Assembly: GCA_965202585.1 (NCBI GenBank)
Contig: OZ241826.1
Span: 65,100,001-65,164,000 of the forward strand
Source: Thalia democratica
Lineage: Eukaryota
Reading direction: 5' to 3'
DNA length: 64,000 bases
Below, one piece after another: positions 1-11,830 of the stretch. The stretch's first letter is position 1. Every line of letters begins with the position of its first letter. The translations under genes and the position numbers were made by a program. Under the pieces are notes generated by a model, which made no database searches, was not told the origin of the DNA, and saw nothing but the letters and a program-made list of their open reading frames with translations.

Positions 1-1269
1 TAAAACAACCGTTTTTTATTAAATAAAATCAGCTATCTTCTATAATTATTAATTAGTGTTCATTTTTTTAATTATCTTTATGTTTGTATAAAAATATATA
101 CCTTAAATTTCGTTTTTACTGTTTTGCTTGTAAGACTCTGAAAAAAGAAAGAGAAATACTTTGTTTTTATGAACGTGGATTAATAAAAATTTGTGTCTGG
201 TTTTCACACTGTTTATACAAAATAAGTGAAGTTAATAAATATTAAGTTGTGTTCCTTCAATTAAAATTTTGTCTACAAATTTCTGTGAAAGACTTCACCT
301 ACTTTAGTGAAATGAATAGGCATTTAAAAAAATTCATTGACCATTATAAAGGCAAAAATAACAACAATCACATATAAAAGTGCTTAACCGATTTAAAACT
401 TGCCAAAAAGTCACTAAAAAGAGCAACCAATACGAAAATATTTAATGACGTAGAATAAAATACCAAGCATGGAAGCTGTTTTATTACGAAGGGATTTCGA
501 AAACTTAACATCAAGACCAAAATTTTAGGTTAAAGGCACCATCTATTATTAATTAACTCAAAGATTTTTATGTTTTAAAAATTTTATGTTATGAAGTTTT
601 TTTCTAAGTTTTAATAACTAACTCCTTAACAAACTAACTAACTTTCCTAGTTAAGCTATTGAAAACTTTACTTAATCTTTTTTTTTAATCTTTTGTTTTA
701 AAAGGAGCGATCTTATCTAGGGAATTTTACCTGACAAAAATAAAATCACATTGAACAGCCCATGATTGAATATGAATATGTCAATATTAAATATCATAGT
801 TTTGTAATTACATAGAGTACCAAACTTTTATTTTTAACTTTTGATAGTAATAGTAATAAACAGTTAGTCATTTATCTCAAATCAAAAAAAAATATGGGAG
901 CATAAAAAATTATAGTAAATAAGCAACCAACCGAAATTTCTATGCGAAAATCTAGACTGATATTTCTAGTCTTCAATTGTTAGAAAGTTTTTATTTTTAT
1001 ACATAAAACATACATAAAATGATACCATTTTACAAAAATAGAATTAAAATTATTAGAAATGAGAATTAGTAGAAATTCCGTAGAACAAGCAAAACAAATC
1101 TTTGCTTCAAACAAAGTATAGTTTAGATTGACAAGCGTTAAATAATATAAAAAACAGCGGTCACTATAGTTTAATTTAATAAAATAATAATTTTGCCCAG
1201 TTAACACTGCCGGTTGTGTTTAAACTTTTTGGCAGTGTCAACAACACGAATCTAAGCCGCACACTACTG

Positions 1270-1295
1270 TATATATATATATATATATATATATA
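1270..1295. repeat. (TA)13 microsatellite
   Basis: Uninterrupted TA dinucleotide run read directly. Confidence 0.95.
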
Positions 1296-2900
1296 GACCT
1301 CAGAATGTTTTTTAAAAGTTTTGAACTGAAAAAACCATAGAGTCTAAACTTATAAAAATTGATTGTTTTTTTGTAGAGCTGGCTAGATATAAACGACAAA
1401 GTTCTTAAGCTACGTGGTCAACGTAAAATCAAATTAACCTAAGTATGTTTTCAATCAGATGAAGAACTTTTTAGTAACGCGAAAGAACACTTCTAATAAG
1501 CGCTAGTCAAAGGATGGCAAAAACTCGAATTGAAGTATACAAAAAAGTAAAAAAATCAAAATATATTTTACTCAATTATATTAATTAACCTCTGAAACTA
1601 AAATTACTTGACGTCTAAAATAGATCGTTATTAGAAACTTCGCATCCGAACCATAATATTTTCAAGAGAAAATTTTTGAAAACTTTGTACTCGTGCATGT
1701 TAAGTACAAATATCAAGATAATGTCTCACAATTGGAAAATGTAAAAAAATGAATCAGAACAATCAAGATTATTCAACTGCAAAAAATAAATTTTAATGGT
1801 TAATGACAAATGTTTAATATCGGAATAATAGTAAGTATCTAGTGATAACAACATTTAGTAAAATGTTGGGTCATAAAGTTTATCGTTTAAAAACAACTAC
1901 ACGAAGCATTTTTTTTTCATAATAGTTTAAACAAACTTAAAAGATATTTTTACTCTTTGGATATATATTTTGGATTAAAAAAAATATATTTAAACTTTTA
2001 TGTTATCTGGGAAATACTAGCCTGCATAAAAAATAAATTTAACTTATAACACGGCTGTGTTTTTTGTAATCTAAAAATTCTATCTGAATAAGAATTATTT
2101 TTTAAAATGATGATCTCTTATAATTTGATATAAGAGTAAAATACTGTTTTGGTTATAATAATCTGTGAGAATGAAATATAAAATAAAAACAACAAAAATA
2201 AATTAAAACCTATCGTTAAAAATATGTTTACAGTATTTGCCAGCATTCTTACATTTAATAGTTTTGAACGTCCAAGCCACTCAAGTGTTTTTGCATAAAA
2301 CTTAACATATAAGATAAAACGCAATCATTTATGAATATTTTATTTAATAAGCTTACGTTTCGGTTTATGTTTTATAACATTAGTAAACTGACTGAGGGCC
2401 TGGTCTACTTTTGAAGGTCAGCAAAATAAATGTTTTAAGTAAAAAATTGTTTGATGTTTAAACTATCTATCACAGTTAAGCAAAATAATATAACTTACAG
2501 TGAAATTAGTAACATTTTATAGCTTGTGTTTTGCTTTTAGCTTAAATTTACTATATTCATTTCTTTTGTAAACAGTTTAACTGCACCAGTTTTTTTCCAG
2601 AGGACAATAAACATTAAAAAGTCAACCAGTTTCAATGTTTTCAAGACCAAGTTTAATTACTTCACTATTTTTCCTTTTTAATCGTTCAAAATTAGGAAAA
2701 AAAAAATTATTAGTGTTTTATCGGCTTATAAAAATTTTAATAAAGCAACAGCTTACCAGTGTAATAAAAAAATGTATGCACTAAATTATGAGTACTGAGC
2801 TGTAGAATAAATTTAACCTGAATAAAGTAGCGAAAATAATACAATTTAACTTTTTGATTTGGAAATTATTTAAGAACGTACTTTTTCTATTAAAAATCAA

Positions 2901-3030
2901 TATACTGTCCTGGACAAGACATTAAAAGGCATCCAAGTGGTGCGCGACTCGATAACCGAAAGGTTTTTTGTCACCGGGTCTTTGAACCAACTATTTTTAG
3001 CGCTTTTTTTGTCATTCAATAAACAGTATA
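2901..3030 (+). repeat. ~125-bp interspersed repeat family R1, copy 1
   Basis: gtcctggacaagac...ggtgcgcgactcgataaccgaaagg...ttcaataaacag recurs at five other places; this copy has 8-bp inverted ends TATACTGT/ACAGTATA. Confidence 0.85.
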
Positions 3031-4941
3031 AGTCATTGCTAAATTTAGAAAAGATTGAAACTAGCTTAAAGAAAGAAATTATAGAAATACTATAAGGAAC
3101 TTTCGTCAAGTATTAATATTTTTTTTAAATATATGTTGTTAAATTAGACTTAAAAAACCTTTCGTTCATCTATATTCTATTGGGTTATTTTCAGTACTAA
3201 TATAAATTTTAACGTAGTTTTTCATAAAATAAAAGCATAGAAGTTTAACATCACTTCTTTATTATTATTTTTTAAATATTACTTTGACAAAAAAGCTGCC
3301 TTTTAACAAAATTTAAAAACATACACTAAGTTAAAGTTATATCAATAAAGTAAATTTAAAAACAAAATACTTATTTTTAATGTAAGTATACATTTTTACC
3401 TATAGATTCAACTGCATATAAACCATGTAAAGAAGCAAAAAAAAAAACAAGCAACCTGTTAAATAAAATAAAACGTTATAACAAGAAAAAAAACTAGAAA
3501 AAGTGCCTAACACTGTTTTAGAATTTATATCTTTACAGTAGTTATAGTAAATAATTCAATTATTCAATTTTTTTGAAGCGTATATATTAAATATTTAGAA
3601 AGTATACATATGCTAAAAATCTTAACTAAATCAATGAATTTTTATAGTAGTCTAAATCTGAATGCACTAAAAATATTATAGTAATTACTACAATCAGAGT
3701 TTAGACTGTACAGAAAGTGTCTACAAAAATAAGAAATAAATAAACAAAACTTCTGAGTACTACATTAAGTAAAGTATTTGTAAAATTGTTTTAGTTATAA
3801 TAGCAAAATGTATTAATTATTGATTTAAACAGTAGTTGTTTAAAAATTTCAGTTGAATATTAATCTAACACTATAAAGTATGAATACTTATATTGGAAAT
3901 TTTTAAAGTTTATTAGAAAAAAAAAATTGTTTTGAATTGTTATAATTGGTTTTGTTAAGCTATGATTATCACAGTTTTAGTAACAAATGTTTTGCTTTTT
4001 ATGTCATTTTAAAATTTGCATTGATTTTTTAAAGCTAAGCAAAAGAAGATAATTTTCTTAGTTTAAAAACTATAAATAAATAAAAAATTGTTCATCATCC
4101 TATTTTAAATTTTTATAATAATTATTGTTAATGACTTTGACTTAGGAAAAATATTTTTAAACGAAGCTGTAGTATATATATTAGTAGACTTAACTATTTT
4201 GAGTTAATCCATAAAGTTTTCAAATTACATATTACAATTTATATAACTTAGAAATTTCATTAATTGTTACTGAACAGAATGCATCAAACTAATATTTTTG
4301 CGACACAATATGAACTCTTACAAATAAGTTGAACACGATGCTGATAAGTTTAAGGAATTTGTCGTTCAAGAGATGGTGATTTAAATTACATATGAGAAAA
4401 CGTACCGTAATTAATCAATTAATGATGGGGTGAAAGTTGATGTTTACTTAAATAATGATCATTCATTAATAGTGATTATGCAACCACGCATAACGGCGAT
4501 GATTACTGAAGATAAGGGGCTGCATTTTAATTTATCATTTCGTTTTTCTCACGACCTCAAAACTTCTGTGTAGCCAAGCGCAGCGTTCTCTCTCGACGCA
4601 GTGCTTTCGTAGTCGCAGACGACACTTGAATTTTGTCAATAGCATTCTGGCTCATCCTAAAACTATTGACTGTAGACGATTAAAGTTAATTTGTTTGTTT
4701 TTAATACGTTTTTGTTCAAAATTGTAGTTTTTACAGCAAATATTTATCGAAAACTGAAAGTTAATTAGTTTTAAAAAGGTAAAGTAACGCTGTAACGTCT
4801 ATTTTTGATACGAGTAAACATTTTTGTGAGTTAAAAAGTTAAATTTTAACATTAACGGTACAAAAAAAGTTACTTTAGAAAATATTTTCAAATTTGCGTT
4901 TTTCAGCATATTAAAACCACTTTTGAAAACAGTGGTTTTAA

Positions 4942-7900
4942 ATGGAAATGTTTAAAAAGTATATTTGCGTTTTGTTATTGGTCTTGATGTCCAGCTTCTA
5001 TGTTGCTTCAACCAAAGTTAGTTTTTATTTATTAACAATATATTTTTTTTAAATTTTGTTCTTTATAATTTTTCTTTTACAAATAAAACCTGCTGGATAT
5101 TTTAGCCAGACTATTTTGTCATTTTTTGTTACCATGAATCAAAATTTTTATATTATGGTTTTCCTGAAAGTACAAGAGTTATTATTTTAAATTAAACAAG
5201 TGTACAATTTACTAACCAAGATATTTAATAATCTTATTTAACTAGTATTAGTTAAAATTGAAAGCTTTTATAAGTCAAAAAAATTAGAATTAAAGCTTAT
5301 CTTAATAGAATTTGCTAAAATAAAAAAGCACTAAAAAGCAAACAAAACTTAACAAAAAAAGTATAATATAATTGATTGCATATACATTTAAGCTACAGGA
5401 ACTTTCACAAATTGGCTGTTTTTATAAGTATAAAGTTCGAGATCAATTTAACGCTAGATATATATTTTGATAACTTAAGATAAAAATTCTTAAAATTTAA
5501 ACTAGAATATTTGATTTTACGAAATATGCAACAGTGCACATTAAAAAAATGTGAAGGACAAGGTCAAGTTTGCTTAGTCAAAAAAAATTTGGAAGAAATT
5601 TGTCAATGTGTAAAGCAGTGTTTAGAAAACGGTCCTTACATATGTGCATCTGACAGTAATATTTACAAAAGCAGGTTTTTTATCATATGGTTTTTACTGC
5701 TTTATTATAACAGAACAAATAAATATCAACATTTTGTTTTTGCAATAGCCACGTATTTTTTTAAGACCTAAAAAAAAGTGAAAATAATAACAAAATATGC
5801 ACGTTTTATTTTAACATAGTTTCAGGTTTTAGGTAAATCAGTAGTATAAATCATACTTGTTTTAAAAAATATTTACAAGTAGCAGCACTAACGTTTGTAA
5901 AAACTACTTACATGAAGTTTACTACATTTTGTAACTATTTACTTCTGTTCCTTAAATTTAATTTATGAAAAGCTATAAATATGACCTTATTAAGTTCTTT
6001 TTATGTCCAATTTCGTTACTGAGATTAGAAGGAGTATCTTTTAACTATCTTCAGTATTACTTATTATCAGAACTAAGTAATTTTTTTTTGTAAAAGAATT
6101 AAAATCAAAATACAATTTAGTATTATAACATTTGCATAAAATGAATATATTCATTAAGTTAAATAAAATATTTATATACATAAAAGCATAAAAGTGCCTA
6201 AAAGTATTTTTAATCAAAAAAATACTCTTTTATTTTATTTGTACAGATGTCACATGGACAAGCGAGCATGCGAGCTAAACGTTGTAATTTTTGAACATCC
6301 ATGTTCAAATCCAAAAATAAATGAACTATCGCATTGTCCTGACTTGCAACAAGTTAAAAAACCCGTACAACCAATAGTTATGGGGTTGGAATATCAACTG
6401 TTCTTGCATCAGGGTAGAAATGGAGAAATTCATTGCAATGTTGAAGGTAAGGCTTATAATTGTTTTCAACAGGACTTAAATGTTAAAATTTACTAATTTT
6501 TTTTTTACAAAGTGCTTTTTAGTTAAAAGAACTTAATTTAACAAAGAGCTTATGTTTGTTTTAAATAAGTTTAAAAACTTATAAACACTTTAAGAAATAC
6601 AGAATAAGTTTTGAAGGTTCTATTTTAAATATAACATGTAAGATATCATAAAAAATACTGTTAGAAGACTATGAAAAATCTCTACATCATAAAAGTAGAA
6701 CAAAAATGTTAAAAAAGCAAGCAAAGTTTTGCTCAAAATGCTTGTCAGTTCATAAAATGGTAACATTAAAAATACTTCCATATGAATTTTTCTGAATCAA
6801 TTATTTTGTAAACTGACGATCTCTTTGAGCAGAAGTTAGTTTGCTCATTTTTAGCTTGGGTCATATTTTTGCTTAAAACTAGATCAGAGGTTGGAAAATC
6901 TGCAGCCCGCGGGACAAGCAAAATTTTGACCCGCTAGGTGCTTTTAAACTAAAAAATAATTATGTAGTTTAAATTGTTTAAGCTGTTTTAATAAAAACTT
7001 ACAATTATCCTCTTTTTTAATAGTCCGTAAGTTGTGATCCTACTGTACTTTTAATTGACTACACGTCTCTTCTTGTGTATTAATTTTTATCTTAAAGTAA
7101 CAATTTTAAAAAATACTGTGGTACACGACAAACTTTTTTAGTAAATCTGGCCTGTTCTTTACAAAACACTGCCGACTTCTCAACAATTTAAAAATGTTTT
7201 TTTTAAGTATGCAACTAAAAGCTTTTTTACTTTAATTATTTTAAAAGACTTGTTATGACTTTTTTTTATTAAGTTTTTAGCTTCTATTACAGCATAGGAG
7301 TCTACTTTAAACCTTTAGTTTAGTCTTGCTATACTTAAGTACATTTTAGGATTGATTTTAAGAAATAATCGTAAACAACTAAATCAAAATTACACAACTA
7401 GAATTTGATTATAATGTCTTAAAGGTAACCCTTCACCTACAATAAACTGGCTGCGAAACGGACTGCCAATTGATATCGCCCACAATCCTCACTACTCTAC
7501 AGATGGTAACAGTCTGTACCTTAGAAACGGAATATCTGAAATGGAGGGCAACTACACATGCGTAGCAATAAACTGTGCAAATGATTTCAAAACTTTCCCC
7601 CCGGTGAATCTCTACTCTCAGGTGCTTTATTTACCAGGTTGGTTTAGAAAGTATTTAACATTTTTGTTATGCACCAGCTACAGATTTTTAAAACTGCTTC
7701 AGTAAAAATATAAACATTCACAATCCGTTTAAATTTAGTTAGACTAAAAATTTTTGTTTTCCACTAATATTTTACAAAATACTAACTATTTCAAAGGTTT
7801 TTTTTTTATAAGTACTAACAAATTGTTACACTAATATATATCAAGCTAATCAAAAATTCTTAATGTATGGGTAATACCCGGTTTAATTAATTGTTTATTT

Positions 7901-10900
7901 AAAATTGGATTATAGCGTTTAATTAGTAGAGCTTCACTTATTAGGGTCTCAAATTTATTTCTACATTCTTTCAAAATTCCAAATTTATTAGCAGTTATTT
8001 TTTCATTTTTACAAACATTACAATTGCTAATATGGTCCGATACCGATGTTTTGCCCTTTAAATGTTCTTTAATTCTTTCTACTAATGGTCGTGAAGTGAA
8101 TCCAATATATTGGATACTCTTATCATAAGAGCATTTGTACTCATAGACCACGTTTGATTTTAATTCATGGGGTGTCTTATCTTTATTACTAAAGTAATTG
8201 CTTACTTTTGTTGTGGTAAAAATTACTTTGAATTCTTCGATGTAGTTGTTTAGAAGCTTTTCTAGTTTCTTTTTATACTCGATACTAGGTTTTCCAATAT
8301 AAGGTACTTTTACAACATTTTTGAAGTCTGAGTTACTTAGTTTTTGTTTAGTGCAGTCTTTATTAATATCAAGAGATCTTTCAATTATATCATCAACAAA
8401 TTTCTTTGGATATCCATTCTTAAAGAACTTTTCTTTTAAGCTTGTGATTTCTTGTTTGTAAATGTTATGCGTAGAAGCTATAACTCTCGCTCTGTTTACA
8501 AACCACAGTATTAGAGCTCTTTTCCATTTAATTGGTGCCACTGCACTAAAATTTAAAATGACATCTGTATCAATTTCTTTTTTATGTACCTTTGTTGTTA
8601 TTTCCTCTCTCTTTAGTTTGATATTAATGTCCAAAAATGGGAGTTCGTTTCCACCTAATTCATATGTGAAGCTGATAGACTTGTGTAGTTTATTTAACTT
8701 TTTGTGGAATTTTTCGAATGAGACATCTTTTCGGAAAATACAGAATATGTCGTCGACATATCGAAGGTATAAAACTGGATTATTTTCATCTTCGGTGTTA
8801 AAGAGACTTTTTTCCAATGTTCCCATAAAATAATTTGCTATAGTAGGCGCTAATGGGTTTCCCATGCTTACGCCATCTATTTGTGTATATAATTGCTTAT
8901 TATATTGGAACAAACCTCCAGTAACAGACTTTAAAAGATTTAACATATTTGATTGTGGTATGGTACTATCACGTACTCCATTTGCAATCATCTGTAGAGT
9001 TTCATTTAGTGGTACATTAGTAAATAGTGAGACTACGTCAAAGCTTATGCAGTAATCACCGTCTTTTCGTTCATATTTAGAAAGTTTTTCTAGAAACTCT
9101 TTGTTGTTTTCCACACAATATTGTTTTGGGATATGATGTTTGATTGTTACATCCAGATATTTAGCTAATTTATATGACGGTGTGTTTAGCATTGATACGA
9201 TAGGTCTCAATGGGTAATAATGTAGAAATAAATTTGAGACCCTAATAAGTGAAGCTCTACTAATTAAACGCTATAATCCAATTTTAAATAAACAATTAAT
9301 TAAACCGGGTATTACCCATACATTAAGAATTTTTGATTAGTTTGATATATATTAGTGTAACAATTTGTTAGTACTTATGTAAAATGTTTTTTTTGTATTA
9401 GAGTTTTTTTTTTAATTATAACCTACGTGTTCATAATGATTTACTTGAAAATTTTAAAAGATAAGCTTAACAAAATCTATACTTTGCTAATAACAACTAA
9501 TAAAACGACTAAAACTTTATTTGACTTAAAAACATATCAGTTACACTTATAAAAAAATTTTTTTTGTAGCATAATTGCTTATGGTGATATAATTAACAAC
9601 TTAGCATTGTTACTAACATAAATCACGGTCATTTCTAAAATGCTAATAAACAGCAACAAAGTTAATTTCGAAATAAATTGTTAATCTAGTGAGTTAATTT
9701 AGTTAGCTTAGAATTTAATCTAATCAAAATTTTTATAAAAACTTTTTGTTTTTCCAGTTTCAGGTATTTTTGACCACGGCTTAATTTTTGTTGTTGTAAT
9801 TACCAAATATACGATATAATGAAAAACGTGGATAGGAGATTGATCTGTTTCATTACAGTTATGTTTTTATTCTAACCTGTAGATAGCGTTTCCACGTTTG
9901 AAGAGGACTGCATTGAAAAATTATGGGTGGATATCGACAAATCATGTAGCAACCAAACAAAAGTCATGGATTTTTGGAGCTATAATGCCAAATCAGGCAA
10001 GTGTGAGTCACGTCAAGAGTTGACTTGCAAAGCAGGTAACAATATGGTAAGCTAAGCTAAATTTTTTGAGCTCGTTTAATTTTTTCAATTTCGTTAGTCC
10101 TACTGTATGGATTGTGTTATCAAAATTTTAAAGAGATTATAACTTATATAAAACAAAAACAGTCAAAAGCCTTTTATAAATAACGGTACAAATTTCCCCA
10201 AAAATAAAATTCAGTTAAATAAAATATTTTATTGATAAATAAAAATGCTTTTAAAAATTTGATGAAATAAGCAATATGTTAGCACTAGTAATTACTAACT
10301 GTAGAATGAAAAGCCTAAGCAAAAATAAAATGGTATACTATCAAAATCCACTATCATATTTTTTTACATTTTCTTTATTTACTAATTTATTTTGTATGAT
10401 TTTTGAATTTTTTAAATTTAAATTTAATTAATTTTTTATTATCACTGTTACCCCTAACCCTTACCCTCGTTCGGTAAGCGGTTCTCGAATTTGACTTGGT
10501 AGATTTTGATCGGGTGGATTTTGAACACGGGTGGATTTTGAACGTGTCCCAAAAAAATTACCACAGAAACTGTTATTTTATTGTTTAAAAACTATGTTAT
10601 ATCTTGAAAATTACATCGGTGACCCCAATTTATAAGAAAGGATTTTTGTTATTTATTTGATTTTATTAGACTATGATTATTGGGAAATTGTTTCTATAAA
10701 AATCTTTAAAACCGTTTTTGTATTTTGATCTATTTTTTATCGAACTAAAAAGCTTAAAAGCAAAACATTTTGAAAACGTATTACTTAATTTTTTTTTACA
10801 AAATTGTCAAATATGCTTTCAAACCTTTGGTTTTTATATGTGACAGAATGTTCTTATACTAAATAACATATATTTTTAAACTTTCTAGTTCAATTCAAAG

Positions 10901-11830
10901 ACTGAGTGCATCGAAAAGTGCATGACTTACTGCAACTCAGATATCAATGAAGGTCCATGCCACCACAAGTTTGTCATGGTGTCCTTTGACAACAATGCAG
11001 AAGCTTGTCAAGTTAGCATCTCTTAAATTTTTTTAAAAGTTTTTATAAATATACACCTGTTTATTACCTACTTTTAAGTACTAATTTTTTAAGAACATAC
11101 ACTAAAAAGTTTTTATTAAATTCTTAAAAAAAGTAGGTAACGTAGAATTTAAGAAAAACTTTATAAAACTGAAAAAGTCTAAGTTATAAAATTAAAAAGC
11201 TCACGAAAATTTTTGTTAAAATTTTTGTAGAACAGAAAAACAATAAAAAAATAAATCTAGCTTGTAACTTACGGTGGTTGTGAGGGTTCTGGCAACATGT
11301 TCTACAGCAAACAAGACTGCAATCAAGTTTGTGCCGAGAGGCATCAGCTCCTTGCACCGTACAGAAAGCAATATTCAAAAACTCGCAGATGTGCGCAGAG
11401 ATGCAACTATTCTGTGAAACGCGCGTACTGCCAGTTCGACTTCTTGATACGTGCACACATAGTCAGCTTCCGGCTAACGTCAATCCTAGTAATGCTTATT
11501 CGCCCGTTCAAGTCCCTGCCTACTTTTCCATTAAAACGCATGAATCAAAATAACCCTGGTAAGCTGCTTCAAATTCAACTGCGTACTGATTGCCGTTGCC
11601 CCCGCCTAAACGCCGCTCGCCAAAGGCACAGCAGAGGAAACAGCGATTTTATCATATCTGGCGACTTTTTTGGGACTTCCATGGTCTTGCGGCATCTAAG
11701 ACATACAACTGCGTCGAACTTAAGAAAAGTTTCTAGACTTAAGTCTAGGTACTGTCCGCAAAAAAATGGAAAATTTAAGACGAATAAAAACAAAAAGGGT
11801 CGTAGAAAAATGAGAAAAAAACAATTTTAA
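4942..11830 (+). CDS. WFIKKN: WFIKKN/GASP-like secreted multidomain protein a (signal peptide, follistatin/Kazal, Ig, 2 Kunitz, NTR; no WAP seen), ~525 aa
   Basis: Exons: 4942-5016 (MEMFKKYICVLLLVLMSSFYVASTK), tentative 5106-5169 (needed to restore frame), 5506-5674 and 6247-6446 (10-Cys FS domain, CASDSNIYKSR|CHMDKRAC), 7425-7637 (Ig: WLRNG...GNYTC), 9883-10046, 10889-11011, 11261-11830 (Kunitz GPC...YGGCEGSGNMF, then NTR YCQFDF...CRCP). Apart from the tentative exon the joins are GT-AG and phase-consistent. Confidence 0.88.
6885..7180. mobile_element. Degenerate hAT-type MITE
   Basis: Starts CAGAGGTTGGAAAATCTGCAGCCCGCGG, similar to the reverse complement of the 29060-29139 end; right end tgccgacttct is degenerate; no TSD recognised. 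Confidence 0.5.
7808..9378 (-). mobile_element. 5'-truncated Penelope-like retroelement with inverted partial pseudo-LTR, intronic in WFIKKN-a
   Basis: RT+GIY-YIG ORF; 7808-7967 and 9219-9378 are inverted copies matching at 159/160 nt by manual comparison. Confidence 0.92.
7846..9210 (-). CDS. Penelope-like RT + C-terminal GIY-YIG endonuclease (N-terminally truncated, 454 aa open frame)
   Basis: RT motifs RPIVS, SFDVVSLFTNVP, QIDGVSMGNPLAP, YLRYVDDIF, LPFLDI; EN motifs VVYEYKC, YIGFTSRPLVERIKEH, EALLI..NP.LN. Confidence 0.93.
   Translation of the reverse strand: MRPIVSMLNTPSYKLAKYLDVTIKHHIPKQYCVENNKEFLEKLSKYERKDGDYCISFDVVSLFTNVPLNETLQMIANGVRDSTIPQSNMLNLLKSVTGGLFQYNKQLYTQIDGVSMGNPLAPTIANYFMGTLEKSLFNTEDENNPVLYLRYVDDIFCIFRKDVSFEKFHKKLNKLHKSISFTYELGGNELPFLDINIKLKREEITTKVHKKEIDTDVILNFSAVAPIKWKRALILWFVNRARVIASTHNIYKQEITSLKEKFFKNGYPKKFVDDIIERSLDINKDCTKQKLSNSDFKNVVKVPYIGKPSIEYKKKLEKLLNNYIEEFKVIFTTTKVSNYFSNKDKTPHELKSNVVYEYKCSYDKSIQYIGFTSRPLVERIKEHLKGKTSVSDHISNCNVCKNEKITANKFGILKECRNKFETLISEALLIKRYNPILNKQLIKPGITHTLRIFD
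10331..10550. mobile_element. Short foldback element with telomere-like core (family R2, variant arms)
   Basis: Core cactgttacccctaacccttaccctcgttcggta at 10443-10476; TCAAAATCCAC (10341) is inverted to two GTGGATTTTGA units in the right arm, which ends in GTCCC. Confidence 0.65.

Noticed and set aside
1378-1550. Stop-interrupted reading frame SWLDINDKVLKLRGQRK...GWQKLELKY
   Set aside because: No recognisable domain; it may be a decayed TE or an exon of an upstream gene but cannot be supported.
6813-6844. Hammerhead look-alike CTGACGA-TCTC(TTT)GAGC-AGAAG-TTAGTTTGC resembling the 34721 motif
   Set aside because: It lacks the GAAA core and the G-C pair closing stem II; at most a dead copy or a coincidence.
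8462-9055. Plus-strand ORFs 8462-8833 and 8864-9055
   Set aside because: Antisense shadows of the PLE RT ORF.
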